Part shown: positions 1-10,133 of the stretch, one piece after another
How positions within the stretch are numbered: position 1 is the stretch's first letter
How the letters are laid out: every line of letters starts with the position of its first letter
IMG/VR virus record: IMGVR_UViG_3300012173_000012
Span: 1-24,133 of that record
Length of the DNA stretch: 24,133 bases
Origin: a virus
Lineage: Duplodnaviria > Caudoviricetes
Direction: 5' to 3' (one strand)
Notes under the pieces: model-generated
Seen by the model: only the letters and a program-made list of their open reading frames with translations
Databases searched by the model: none
What the model was told of the DNA's origin: nothing
Program-made: the position numbers and the translations under genes

Positions 1-510
1 CATAGGCGCGCCACCAAGATAATCTGTTCTACCAGCACCAGCAGAAATAATGGTTCGCCAACCATCTGTGTTCATCTTTCGAACAAAACCGGCCTCTAGA
101 ACTTCAAGCGCTCTAGATACTATATTCCATCGTGCCTGACGACTATATTTGATTGGCCAATCAATAGAATTGCCAACATCATATGTCTGTACAGTTACGA
201 TATCGCCAGTGACGGATCTGGTCGGAATAGCGCCTTCGCTTGGGATTGTATAAGCAATATATTCTCCGTCATTATGTTGCTGATAAAAATCTAATGGATA
301 TTCCGCTGTAGCACCTGGATCTATAACTTCTACGCTAAATATACCATTAACAATATCCCCATTTAATAATCCCTGACGGAGCGGGACAGTTAAGGCAGTA
401 GCTAAATTGCTTGATGCTAATGCGGCTTCTTTATCGTTTGTACTTCCGGTTCTTTTTAGTAACTCCACCATTTCTGGAGTTGGTTGTTTGATTTTATTCT
501 TTCTATTCAT
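1..510 (-). CDS. Major capsid protein, N-terminal part (runs off the left edge)
   Basis: Not in the ORF track because it has no stop in the window. My translation from ATG 510 gives MNRKNKIKQPTPEMVELLKRTGS...PLRQGLLNGDIVNGIF...EYPLDF...YTIPSEGAIPTRSVTGDIVTVQTYDVGNSIDWPIKYSRQARWNIVSRALEVLEAGFVRKMNTDGW, open for 170 codons. It has an HK97-like pattern, an AAGGGGT SD and the expected position after protease and decoration genes. Confidence 0.85.
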   Translation of the reverse strand, partial: MNRKNKIKQPTPEMVELLKRTGSTNDKEAALASSNLATALTVPLRQGLLNGDIVNGIFSVEVIDPGATAEYPLDFYQQHNDGEYIAYTIPSEGAIPTRSVTGDIVTVQTYDVGNSIDWPIKYSRQARWNIVSRALEVLEAGFVRKMNTDGWRTIISAGAGRTDYLGGAPM

Positions 511-526
511 ACTTTACCCCTTTATA

Positions 527-997
527 TTAAATATCAATGTATACTTTTGCAAAACCATCTGCGTCAAGCGTAGTTTCCCATCGACCAATGCGAGCGGAAT
601 CTGTGCCTGATGCTACAGCGAGAAAGCCACTTGCTCCAACATAAACGCCACCACCAACTACAGGGGTGCCAATTATCATATCTGTTACTAACCATCCTTT
701 TCGTAGTAAAGTAACCTTTTCTCCTGGGCGAACCTCCATATTGTGGAAATTCTTATAATCTCTTGTAGCGCTTAATGCTGGGTTAACATTCTGTAGTAAT
801 ATGCCCTTTGGAACAGCACCAGAGCCGGTGGCATGGTACTGTACTACGTTTGTAAGGTCGTCAAGAGCTACGCCAGAACCGGCTGTCTCAACACAAGCTA
901 CTCCACCCTTTTCCTTGGTATTTTGTGCAGTTACCTCTGACCAAAAATTTGAAATATCTGTCACTTCTGCATAATCACGATCTGGTTTAAGAGCCAT
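527..997 (-). CDS. Putative head decoration/cement protein
   Basis: 156 aa, Gly/Val-rich and beta-type (PKGILL, GEKVTLLRKG, DADGFAKVYIDI). Lies between the scaffold and the major capsid gene. Confidence 0.6.
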   Translation of the reverse strand: MALKPDRDYAEVTDISNFWSEVTAQNTKEKGGVACVETAGSGVALDDLTNVVQYHATGSGAVPKGILLQNVNPALSATRDYKNFHNMEVRPGEKVTLLRKGWLVTDMIIGTPVVGGGVYVGASGFLAVASGTDSARIGRWETTLDADGFAKVYIDI

Positions 998-999
998 AT

Positions 1000-2385
1000 T
1001 TATTCTCCATTTTTACTGTCTTTATTTTCATTATCACTATCATCAACGTTAAAAAGAAGACGAGCTAGTCCCAAGGCAATATCTTCTTCTTTTTCTTGTT
1101 CATTATCGCCAGCAACATTAAAATCTCCTTTATCGTCACTATTTTCTGTTGCTGTTTCTAGAGAATCAGACAAACTATCCTTTGATTCATCAGAGGCTTT
1201 CGCCTGTATAGCATTCATATTAGCATATTTAAGAACAGAAGCAAAAACTTCGTCGCTCATTGCGCATAACTCTTTTACTATATCATCTTTTTCATTACTT
1301 GCTATATTTTTAACCTTAGATAGTTCCTCAAATCTCTTTTGAGCCTTTTCTAATTGTTTTATATTGTCTAATTCTTTTGTCACTTTGTCTAAATTAGCTA
1401 CAGTCTCATTTCTCTGTTTTTCTGACAAGACTAAGGCTTCTTTAGTAGAATCTAGATCTTTTTGTAAAGATTCTATTTTTTCGTTAATTGATTTTTCTTT
1501 TGAAGCAAAATCATTTGAAACTGAAGCAATTTGATCCGTCAATTTCTTTATCGTTTCGTCTTTTGAAGCTATATTGGATATAGCCTCTTCTAATTGTTTC
1601 TTAATATCATTGTCCATTTCATTACCCCCTGTATTATTTGTATTATCTTCGCTCATATTCGCGGCCAACTTGATTATAGATCTAGGATTAGCGGGATTTT
1701 TAACTAGTCCCTGGCCACCAAAAACTATATTTTTCAAAACTCTACCTATCTTATACCCCTGATACTCCCCTTTTCCACCATAAGATCTCAAATATTTAGT
1801 AAGGAAAGATGTTTTTTCGTCTCTATCAAGGATTTTCGTATCTCCATTTTTTGGATTTTTAAATGCATACGCAAAATCATCGAACCAACACTCCATAGAA
1901 ACAAACATATTTCCATTATTTATATCTTCTAATACTTTATTTACTTTTTCTCCTAGTAATTGTTTATATAAAACTCCAGCAACCTCTATATCAAATTCAT
2001 CTGGAATGGCATCATTTTCATTCAATAATATATCTTCGCCATTTTTATCAATTGCCTTACTATGTATCATGTGTCCCAGTATAGTATCAGAATTATGGTC
2101 GCTATTTATAGGTTTATGTCTCGGAGTGTCTTTTGATCTCCATAGTTCTTCTTTAGAAAATACATCATCGTTTAAATTCCATCCAGCACTAACTAGTACC
2201 GATACAATAACGGCAAGGTCTGGTTGGTCTATTCCTACTAGATCTTCAACAGAATTGATAGAAGCAATTAATTTATCTAAATCATTAGCAGACTTAGCTA
2301 TTTTGGCTTCAGATGTGACAATAGCAGGAGCGCTAATCATAGCGTCGGACAACCCGTCTTTTTTTTCTTTATTAAAAATCTTCAT
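1000..2385 (-). CDS. Prohead protease-scaffold fusion (head maturation protein)
   Basis: N-terminal half has WNLNDDVF, KPINSDH, LGH, VSMEC and GLVKNPANPRS, a pattern typical of phage prohead proteases. C-terminal half is a long acidic coiled coil. Located between portal and capsid. Confidence 0.75.
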   Translation of the reverse strand: MKIFNKEKKDGLSDAMISAPAIVTSEAKIAKSANDLDKLIASINSVEDLVGIDQPDLAVIVSVLVSAGWNLNDDVFSKEELWRSKDTPRHKPINSDHNSDTILGHMIHSKAIDKNGEDILLNENDAIPDEFDIEVAGVLYKQLLGEKVNKVLEDINNGNMFVSMECWFDDFAYAFKNPKNGDTKILDRDEKTSFLTKYLRSYGGKGEYQGYKIGRVLKNIVFGGQGLVKNPANPRSIIKLAANMSEDNTNNTGGNEMDNDIKKQLEEAISNIASKDETIKKLTDQIASVSNDFASKEKSINEKIESLQKDLDSTKEALVLSEKQRNETVANLDKVTKELDNIKQLEKAQKRFEELSKVKNIASNEKDDIVKELCAMSDEVFASVLKYANMNAIQAKASDESKDSLSDSLETATENSDDKGDFNVAGDNEQEKEEDIALGLARLLFNVDDSDNENKDSKNGE

Positions 2386-2438
2386 ATAGCCTCAAATTTT
2401 ATACACTAGTATTAAACATAACAAATAACTTTCAATAA

Positions 2439-2762
2439 TTAATCAGTTCTTTCTGTCAAAAATTTAGCTAATTCTTTAACCACAAGATCTTTATCTACAC
2501 AAACTGACTCAAGCAATCCGTTTTTATTAATAGAGCTTTCCATATGATCCATGTGTTGTGGCAACGTATATTGTTTCATTTCTTCTAGTCCGGTCAAATC
2601 GCTCTTGACCGTAGAAACATAGGAAAAATTTAGCCTATCCTTTTCTTCATATGAATCATAATATTTAGAAAAATACAAAGAATCAAATGGAACCACTTGA
2701 TTATCTATAACTAAAGAACATGCTCTTTTTTCTGTGTCCAAGGAAATATTTATCATAGACAT
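2439..2762 (-). CDS. Hypothetical protein in the head module
   Basis: 107 aa ORF with a GGAG SD, co-oriented with its neighbours. Confidence 0.65.
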   Translation of the reverse strand: MSMINISLDTEKRACSLVIDNQVVPFDSLYFSKYYDSYEEKDRLNFSYVSTVKSDLTGLEEMKQYTLPQHMDHMESSINKNGLLESVCVDKDLVVKELAKFLTERTD

Positions 2763-2785
2763 TATTTTTTCTCCATAAAGTTACT

Positions 2786-4843
2786 CTAATTTTCTAATAA
2801 CTCAGCCCAACACGATACTGTCAACATTCTTTGTTCCAAACAAGATATACCCCTATTAATTCTATTTTTGTATTCTCTTATTAACAAATTTAAATTTTTA
2901 TTGAATTTATTAAACTTTTTCATATCTATATTTTTTAATAAATTACCTATATTAATATTATTAATATCACAATTAGAATCTATATTAGAAAATATTAATA
3001 GTTTTATATTATTTAATTCAGATTTTTGTTTTTGAGTTAATGACCTTATATTCTTTGTTCCATTTTTAGCAAGAAACATATCGTCTACTATAATATCTAT
3101 TGATTTCAATGTATTTTCGCCAATTACATTATACATAGACAAGCTCTTATTGGTCCTCTGCTTCCTGGGGGATGTATCCTTAGTATTTGGCGGTCTTCCT
3201 GGGCCATTAATAGATGTTTGTCTCGGTTGATCGCCAAAATTGTTATCTCCACCACCAGATTGTTTAGCTGCTTCTAATGCCAATTGACCCTTCAATTGTT
3301 CTTCCATTACACTTATCGGTCTATAAAATGGATTAGCCTTCTCAAATACTGGTTGGTTAGAGTCTCTTATATCTTGCTCCAATTTCAGATTCTCTAGCTC
3401 AACAATAAAGTCTTGTCCAAAAACCTTATGTACTGTTTCTATTGAAATGATTCCCCTGTCTAAGAGTTGCACTATTAACTGTTTTTCAGCCGCCTCGTCC
3501 CTTAGTGACATTGTTGCAAAACTAATGCTTGGTATAGTTTTAAACCCCATAGCATCAGCAACCAAATGTAATTCATTATTTATCCAGTTTATACATTTAG
3601 ATCTTACATATTCTAATCTTTCAACTAATGTTTTTAACTGAACAAATGCGGATTGAGCATTTCTTGTGCTAGTTTCATTTCCGCCAACAAGAGAGGAAGG
3701 AATTCCAAGCCCACTTATAATGTCTTTATCTACAGATTGATACTTTTGAGGACCAAGAATTTTATCTGTTGGAGGATATTCAAATTTGAAATCTATTAAG
3801 TCGTTCCATATAATATCTAGCGCGCCACCGCCAACATTATTTGACAATATATCTTTTAATTTATTTATAGCAGCCTGAGTAGGTAATATTTTTTGCTCAG
3901 AATTACCTAGCTTCCACAATCTTACGGTGTTAATAACACCATCAAGAGCAGCCATATCAGCTTGCTTCATCTTATCTTTTAAAAGAACATCTTCTATAAC
4001 GCCATAAAGAAAAGGCGTTCCCCAATCTTCCCAATCATCCTTTTTGTAATAATCAATATAAATTCTTTCTTCATCCAATGCTATTAATTTATTGCCATTT
4101 TTTGCAGCTTCTATTATTTCTTTTGGCAGTTGTTGTATTAATTGTCTTTCAGCATCGGTTTTAGGATTTTTAATGGAAGACATCAAATCTTGATTAAGTC
4201 TAATGCCTAGCCTATTGCCACCAACGAACTTTCCAACAGCACCCCCTATTTTATCTACAACAACGGGAGATATAAAAGTGTATCTCCAGGGAATTTCTCC
4301 CTTTTTAATATTCTTCTTTTTTACTGTTAATTTCTCTGGATTTTCTCTAAATTTATCTTCTATTAAATAGTCTGGAATAAAATCATAAGCGCTTGTCATC
4401 TCTTTTATAACTGGCTTTGTTATGATTGCTGTTTTCCTACGAACTATTACATTGGCGTCTCTTAATATCAGTTTCATAAAATCATGGGCGCGGCTTTCCA
4501 GATTCACTTTTTTTGCCCATTTTTTATAAAAGAGTTCTTGCTTTTTATTTGGGTGTCTCAAATCTAGACCACTAGCGGCAAAATCTGTCATTAAATCAAT
4601 TATATTTCTAATTAATCCATTTTTTTTATATATGCCTTGGCAAGCCCTTATTATTTCATGATGATCAGTAGGAATAGTGTCTTCTGGTCGATGAAAATCT
4701 ATATCGAACCTATTTAGTCCTGGCCTAACGGTTTGAGACGTACTAGAGGCTTTAGCCGACCTTTTAACAACACAATCTTCTGGAACGTCATAGACATTTT
4801 TAGCTCCAGTAGATTTTTTATATAATGGCTTTTTATTTTCCAT
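2786..4843 (-). CDS. Portal protein
   Basis: 685 aa directly after the terminase. IYKKNGLIRNIIDLMTDF, YKKDDWEDWGTP, a helical core and a low-complexity GRPP tail. Confidence 0.8.
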   Translation of the reverse strand: MENKKPLYKKSTGAKNVYDVPEDCVVKRSAKASSTSQTVRPGLNRFDIDFHRPEDTIPTDHHEIIRACQGIYKKNGLIRNIIDLMTDFAASGLDLRHPNKKQELFYKKWAKKVNLESRAHDFMKLILRDANVIVRRKTAIITKPVIKEMTSAYDFIPDYLIEDKFRENPEKLTVKKKNIKKGEIPWRYTFISPVVVDKIGGAVGKFVGGNRLGIRLNQDLMSSIKNPKTDAERQLIQQLPKEIIEAAKNGNKLIALDEERIYIDYYKKDDWEDWGTPFLYGVIEDVLLKDKMKQADMAALDGVINTVRLWKLGNSEQKILPTQAAINKLKDILSNNVGGGALDIIWNDLIDFKFEYPPTDKILGPQKYQSVDKDIISGLGIPSSLVGGNETSTRNAQSAFVQLKTLVERLEYVRSKCINWINNELHLVADAMGFKTIPSISFATMSLRDEAAEKQLIVQLLDRGIISIETVHKVFGQDFIVELENLKLEQDIRDSNQPVFEKANPFYRPISVMEEQLKGQLALEAAKQSGGGDNNFGDQPRQTSINGPGRPPNTKDTSPRKQRTNKSLSMYNVIGENTLKSIDIIVDDMFLAKNGTKNIRSLTQKQKSELNNIKLLIFSNIDSNCDINNINIGNLLKNIDMKKFNKFNKNLNLLIREYKNRINRGISCLEQRMLTVSCWAELLEN

Positions 4844-4892
4844 AAAATCCTTTATTAATGCATTTCAATTGTAATCACATTGATTATACACA

Positions 4893-6986
4893 TTAAATAA
4901 TCTCTCCTCTTTTAATTGCTACGAACGATGATTTTCCAGCAATCCAATCATCGCTATTTGCCATGTGTGCCATTCCGGGACCAACATATAGGCTTGTATC
5001 CTTTTTATTTTCTATTCTCCTAAAATTTCCTGGAACATCGGTATAATCTACCAAGACTGTATTGGAATTATCTAAGTCATGAATATATTTATGAATATAC
5101 AGAAGACTAGTATATCTATCTTTTCTTAGTCTTCCTTTTACCGATTTGCCCTCCGTGGCTCCGGTAGCTTTTGCCATAGTTGGAATATCAAACTTATCTT
5201 TTCCAGTAGCGGTTTCCATCTGTTGTATTGTGCATAATTCATTTTTAAGCTCTTCTATATTATGAACGCATTCCTCAAAGGTATCTATATATATACTTTT
5301 AGCCTTTTCTATCATTAATGCAGCTTGCATAACGACAGTATCGAAAGATGGAAACAATATCTTTTTGGTTTCTAAACTTTTATGAAGACAAATATTGCAG
5401 CTAGAATTAAATTCATTTGTTGGCTTAACAAGATTCAATATATGTGGACCATCTGTTTCTTCGTCTGTAGTGTTCATTTCATCTTCTTTTATAATCTCAT
5501 ATATAGGAAATTCTCCCAAATCTTTATTTATAGTTTTTTTGTCTCTTAACATTTCTGCCAATGGATACCCACATCCCTGACTATCCATTTCTATTCTTAC
5601 AGGAGAGAATAATTTGCATAATTTTCTTATATGAGAACAGCAATACGCATAGTAGTCACAGGCATCTATCAATCCAGCCTTTTTATTTTTATTAAATACA
5701 GTCTTATTGCAACTCCAACAATAAACTATTCTATAGTGATTTTTCCAAAACTCCAATATTACTATCCCAATATTATCTCTTTCAGCGCCAGGATCAATTC
5801 CTATGCCGTATTTCCTACCTTTAACTCCATTCATCATAGGGTTAAATTCTATTTCTCCGTATGGCGTGACAACAGGAGAATGTGGCTTTGAAGTACAAGA
5901 TTCTATCATACTTCTGGAAAAGAAACCATTTGAGTCCCTAACAAATATAGCCTGATATTCCATTAAATATATATTACTAGGTAACGTAGCTTTTGCATTA
6001 GCTAATTGTCTTTTATCTAGTAATCCATCTGGAAGATAGTCTGATGGGAGACGAATAATTGCATAGTCTTTGTAATTGAATTTATCTGGTACGTTTAATG
6101 GGCCTCCAAAAATTTCCGCAACCTTGCCCGGTTCTCCTCTGCTTTTAATAATGTCTTTCCATGTATTGAACTTAGTGGCAAAATGATTAAAATGATAATC
6201 AGCAGTCCCGGCACATATAATTTGATTGCCTTTAAGTATTTGATTATTTATACTTTGTATATGAGAACTTGGAATACCCATTTTTCTTAATTTTTTCTCT
6301 ATAGCTAATTTTCTTGCTTCTTCAACTGGGCTTTTAGTTGTAGCAGCGAAACCCCTCACCACAACATCAAATATATGTTGAGGAATTGATCCAAATTCGT
6401 CTGCAATAACACATGTCGCACGAAGACCTCTTATTCTACTCCCATCACCCAACGGAAGACTCGTGATAGTAGAATTACCTATTCTAAAATAACAACTATC
6501 CAACCCTTGTTTTGGGCCTATATTTTTACCACTACCAATTATACTTCTTAGTATTGGGGCGTCGTTCCATATATTTTGAATGTAATTAAAAACTAATTTT
6601 GATTGTCTAAGGCCAGCGCCAACTATTACTATTTTTGATCCAGGATCTAACAAAGCTTTAATTACAGAGTATACTGCTAATGTAAAGCTCTTTGATCCTC
6701 CACGACTGGCAACAAGCACGGGAAATGCAGTTTTCCAGAGAACTCTTAGGATAGCTGCCTGAATTGGAAATAGATCTATATTTAATATGGTCTTACAGGT
6801 CCATGAAATATAATCTACATTCAACATCTTGTCCACTATGTATTCATCAAAATTGCTATTTGATTCTTTAAGATCAGAAAAAATATGCTTATCTATTTTA
6901 GGAAGAGAATCCCTGTATGGGAAAAGATAAGAAAAATCACCCTCGTCAGTTTGCAAAAGATTATTTATTTGTTGAGAAATATTCAT
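4893..6986 (-). CDS. terL: Terminase large subunit
   Basis: Walker A-like ASRGGSKS, Walker B CVIADEFG, RGLRA, RNase H-type nuclease motif IGIDPG and C-terminal KDRYTSL. Confidence 0.92.
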   Translation of the reverse strand: MNISQQINNLLQTDEGDFSYLFPYRDSLPKIDKHIFSDLKESNSNFDEYIVDKMLNVDYISWTCKTILNIDLFPIQAAILRVLWKTAFPVLVASRGGSKSFTLAVYSVIKALLDPGSKIVIVGAGLRQSKLVFNYIQNIWNDAPILRSIIGSGKNIGPKQGLDSCYFRIGNSTITSLPLGDGSRIRGLRATCVIADEFGSIPQHIFDVVVRGFAATTKSPVEEARKLAIEKKLRKMGIPSSHIQSINNQILKGNQIICAGTADYHFNHFATKFNTWKDIIKSRGEPGKVAEIFGGPLNVPDKFNYKDYAIIRLPSDYLPDGLLDKRQLANAKATLPSNIYLMEYQAIFVRDSNGFFSRSMIESCTSKPHSPVVTPYGEIEFNPMMNGVKGRKYGIGIDPGAERDNIGIVILEFWKNHYRIVYCWSCNKTVFNKNKKAGLIDACDYYAYCCSHIRKLCKLFSPVRIEMDSQGCGYPLAEMLRDKKTINKDLGEFPIYEIIKEDEMNTTDEETDGPHILNLVKPTNEFNSSCNICLHKSLETKKILFPSFDTVVMQAALMIEKAKSIYIDTFEECVHNIEELKNELCTIQQMETATGKDKFDIPTMAKATGATEGKSVKGRLRKDRYTSLLYIHKYIHDLDNSNTVLVDYTDVPGNFRRIENKKDTSLYVGPGMAHMANSDDWIAGKSSFVAIKRGEII

Positions 6987-7505
6987 TTACTCTTCATCCT
7001 GTGCTTTCCATCTATCTTTTTCTATTCTTATCACATTCTGAAATATGGTTTGTGCATATTTCATACCGCACTGACCAGCATATATAATATGCACGCCATA
7101 AAATAACGATATAGCTACAACCCAAGAGACGAGAGCTTTTCCAGGGACATTGTTTTTAAATTGCGGAATAGACAGACTAAAATGATCAGTACAAATCGGT
7201 GATTCAACAATAATATATTTGTATTTAAATCTCCTCATTCTTTCCATTTCTTTTTCGAAAGTCTTTCTTGCAGAGTAATTTACCCATAATTCACTAAAGT
7301 CTGTTTTTCTTTCTATGCATAGAATATCATCGTACCCCTCTAAAGTATAATCGCCAGTATCCATCGTTTTTATAATTGTGCCATCACATCTTGGCGGTTT
7401 TTTTCTTAAATCAGCTTTATCAAATATCCATCCATATCCATCCTGCTCTCTAGTATCTCTAATTACTGTATATGATGGCAATACTAATCTACTCATTTTC
7501 ATCAT
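6987..7505 (-). CDS. ERCC4/XPF-family structure-specific nuclease (true start may be 7496)
   Basis: DTREQ...GDY...IERK motif set of ERCC4 domains. Confidence 0.85.
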   Translation of the reverse strand: MMKMSRLVLPSYTVIRDTREQDGYGWIFDKADLRKKPPRCDGTIIKTMDTGDYTLEGYDDILCIERKTDFSELWVNYSARKTFEKEMERMRRFKYKYIIVESPICTDHFSLSIPQFKNNVPGKALVSWVVAISLFYGVHIIYAGQCGMKYAQTIFQNVIRIEKDRWKAQDEE

Positions 7506-8394
7506 CCATTTCTTCTGGAAATGACTCTGCGTCTAAAATCAACGGTTCAAAGCCATCTTCGCCTGGAAGTTTTTGATTTTTTCTAAACTCGTTCATAACG
7601 TCATCAGAAGCTATTTTGCTTAGTTCTGCGTATCTAGCTTGTTTTTCTCTCTCCGTTCTAGAGTTTTGAAGCAGGGCTACTAAATTTATGAAAGTTTCTC
7701 TACCGCCTTTTAACTCATCTACTCTGTCTTTTCTAGTAGCAGCTAGATTTTCATATATTTTCTTTCTTTCGCCAACTAATTTGTCATATCTATCATTAGT
7801 CTTGTTCAAGTCCGATCTTTTTTGGTCAAGCTTTCTGTAGTATTCTATTCTAATGGTTTTATCATCCTTTGAATCGTCATCTTTAATTGGATGTTCGCTT
7901 AGCCATTTAGAAATATCATCAACTTCATTCTGTAAATCTTTCATAGATTTTAATTGTCTATTGATTAGTATTCTGTGTTTTAAGAAATCGTCTATTTGGA
8001 AAAATTCACTAGTAACTATATCTTCAAATTGACAACAAAGATCGCCATATTCAGAAAGATATATATTGATTTCTTCTTCTGTGAATTGATCTTTTAATGT
8101 TTTGAATAAGAGATTATTTTTGAACTGTTCCCTAAACCATTCGGCCTTCTCTTTTTCATCTATTAGAGAAGAAGGGGATGATAGAAATGGCTTTGGGGCA
8201 TCTACTTTTACTTCTGGACTAGCTGATTCTTTTTTTGTTAGCTTATTTCTATTTCTTCTTATTGTTTCTATATTCCATAGAATGCCAAACTCTTTGTTTA
8301 ACTCCTCTTGTATTTTTTTATCCGTACATCCCTGAGAGGTTAAATAAATCAATTTTGTTTTAGCTTTTGGATGATTGTTTAATTTTGCGGACAC
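7489..8394 (-). CDS. Coiled-coil protein, candidate terminase small subunit
   Basis: GTG start, N-terminal HTH-like segment (CTDKKIQEELNKEFGILWNIETIRRNR) and long coiled coils. Function inferred from position upstream of terL only. Confidence 0.45.
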   Translation of the reverse strand: MSAKLNNHPKAKTKLIYLTSQGCTDKKIQEELNKEFGILWNIETIRRNRNKLTKKESASPEVKVDAPKPFLSSPSSLIDEKEKAEWFREQFKNNLLFKTLKDQFTEEEINIYLSEYGDLCCQFEDIVTSEFFQIDDFLKHRILINRQLKSMKDLQNEVDDISKWLSEHPIKDDDSKDDKTIRIEYYRKLDQKRSDLNKTNDRYDKLVGERKKIYENLAATRKDRVDELKGGRETFINLVALLQNSRTEREKQARYAELSKIASDDVMNEFRKNQKLPGEDGFEPLILDAESFPEEMDDENE

Positions 8395-8395
8395 T

Positions 8396-8914
8396 TTATT
8401 TCCTATTCAATATTTCAAATATTTCTTTTTTTAATTTTTGTAATACAGATTCTTTTATTTTTTCGCCATGTATAAGTTTATGAAAATATGGTCTTAAATT
8501 ATCTGATATATTAGATGATATGAAAAAATACGTGTCTTTATCTTCTATATTATTTTCTATGTCTACTTTATTTTTTATAAAATCATCATCTTCTATTTCT
8601 TTGTCACCAATAGGAATTGCATTTATTATGTTTATTCTATCTTTATTTTTTGCAGAGTCTTTGTTAAAATATTTATCTCTTTTTAAATTCTTTATTCTAT
8701 TGCTTATATGTACGTTTAGAAAATTTTCTAAATCGCCAAATTCCTTTTTATATCTTTTTATAGCATCGAGACACATAGCCCATATTTCTTGATATATATC
8801 GTCAGAGACAAAATACGCAAAGCTATCTCTATTTTTCCTCGTATTAGCTATCTTGTTTATTGTCTCTATCGTTTTCTGATCCAATTTCTGTGATTCCATC
8901 TTCTTCCTCTTCAA
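8396..8914 (-). CDS. Phage sigma70-region-2-like transcription factor (likely start ATG 8899)
   Basis: DDIYQEIWAMCLDAIKRY...LENFLNVHISNRIKNLKRD matches the region 2 pattern D..QE......A..RY.....F..Y....I.N...N..R. Confidence 0.7.
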   Translation of the reverse strand: MKRKKMESQKLDQKTIETINKIANTRKNRDSFAYFVSDDIYQEIWAMCLDAIKRYKKEFGDLENFLNVHISNRIKNLKRDKYFNKDSAKNKDRINIINAIPIGDKEIEDDDFIKNKVDIENNIEDKDTYFFISSNISDNLRPYFHKLIHGEKIKESVLQKLKKEIFEILNRK

Positions 8915-9023
8915 ATAGTTTAGCTACACAAAATTCTGCTTCGGCCTTTTCCAAATCGTCCTTAACTTTTTCCTCTACCATCTTTGTTCCGACTACTTTT
9001 AATTCAACTTTATTTTTTTTCAT
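8844..9023 (-). CDS. Small acidic hypothetical protein (59 aa, below the ORF-track cutoff)
   Basis: AAGGAG SD, then ATG 9023: MKKNKVELKVVGTKMVEEKVKDDLEKAEAEF...QDS*. Overlaps the start of the sigma-like gene. Confidence 0.6.
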   Translation of the reverse strand: MKKNKVELKVVGTKMVEEKVKDDLEKAEAEFCVAKLFEEEEDGITEIGSENDRDNKQDS

Positions 9024-9121
9024 GACAACTCCTTAATTAATGTTATACTTTATTATACGACCTATAACATAAATATTTTACACAAAATGGAAATAAATTT
9101 AAAAATATGGTATAATTTTAT

Positions 9122-9442
9122 ATGAAAATGGAAATTGTAACTAATACACTGCCGTACATTAAAAGATACACTTTATTTCTTATCAAAAATAACAAAAAGA
9201 TTGAAATAATGCATTATAATAATATAAAAACGGCAGAAAGAGATAAAACAAATATTGAAAATTTTTTAAAAACAGGAGATCCACAAGAGATAGAATATTT
9301 TTTATCCAATTTTAAAGTCTTCATGAATATGAAAGATACTAAGTCAAAAGATCCATTAAAAACTATGGAAGAAAGAATTAAAATCGCAGGAAAAGAGATA
9401 GACATACCAGAAAAACCTGTTAGGAGAATAAAAATTGATTAA
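9122..9442 (+). CDS. Hypothetical protein
   Basis: First ORF of the + strand operon. TGGTATAAT at 9108-9116 lies just upstream, so the mRNA may be leaderless. Confidence 0.65.
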   Translation: MKMEIVTNTLPYIKRYTLFLIKNNKKIEIMHYNNIKTAERDKTNIENFLKTGDPQEIEYFLSNFKVFMNMKDTKSKDPLKTMEERIKIAGKEIDIPEKPVRRIKID

Positions 9443-10133
9443 TCTAATACATGGGCAGTTTGAGAATATAAATTTGGATAATTATAAATTCAACCTAGCT
9501 TTCCTAGATCCCCCAGATAACCAAAAAATGAAATACGAAAATTACAATGATAATTTAAAAGAATCTGATTATCTTGACTTATTACAAACATGGACCCAAA
9601 AGGCTTGCGAAATAACTAAAGGTCCAGTATTTTTAAGTATAGCTGAAAAATATATAGCCACAATAGAAAAATTGATAGATTTTGGAAGCATAAAATTAAT
9701 TCAAAGAATTTACTGGTATTATTCCTTCGGCCAAAATAATAAAACAAGATATTCTCCGTGTGTAAGACCTATTTATTGGCTCAATGAACCGACCATCTAT
9801 GCAGAAAATATTAAAATTAAATCAGATAGAGAGGTAAAATATAAAGACAAGAGAGCCAAAAACGGAGGCAAACTCCCCAATAACGTTTGGGATTTCAGTA
9901 GAGTTTGTGGAACCTTTAAGGAAAAAAGAAAATTTCATCCAACACAACATCCAGAGAAATTGATAGAAAGAATAATACTGGGACATAGTAAACCAGGAGA
10001 TTTAATACTAGATGGCTTTGTTGGATCTGGTACTACTGCTATAGTGTGTAAAAGATTAAATAGAAGTTTTGTAGGAATAGATTGTTCTCAATATTATCTA
10101 AATAAAATTAAGGAAATCTTAAATGATAGATAA
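9435..10133 (+). CDS. Orphan beta-class N6-adenine/N4-cytosine DNA methyltransferase
   Basis: Motif IV DPPD (variant of DPPY), NVW, HPTQHP and motif I LDGFVGSGTT, in beta order. Confidence 0.9.
   Translation: MINLIHGQFENINLDNYKFNLAFLDPPDNQKMKYENYNDNLKESDYLDLLQTWTQKACEITKGPVFLSIAEKYIATIEKLIDFGSIKLIQRIYWYYSFGQNNKTRYSPCVRPIYWLNEPTIYAENIKIKSDREVKYKDKRAKNGGKLPNNVWDFSRVCGTFKEKRKFHPTQHPEKLIERIILGHSKPGDLILDGFVGSGTTAIVCKRLNRSFVGIDCSQYYLNKIKEILNDR

Noticed and set aside
4893-6986. Intein or intron in the long terminase
   Set aside because: No intein splice motifs (Cys/Ser start, His-Asn end) or LAGLIDADG motif seen, and the ATPase and nuclease motifs are in normal order.
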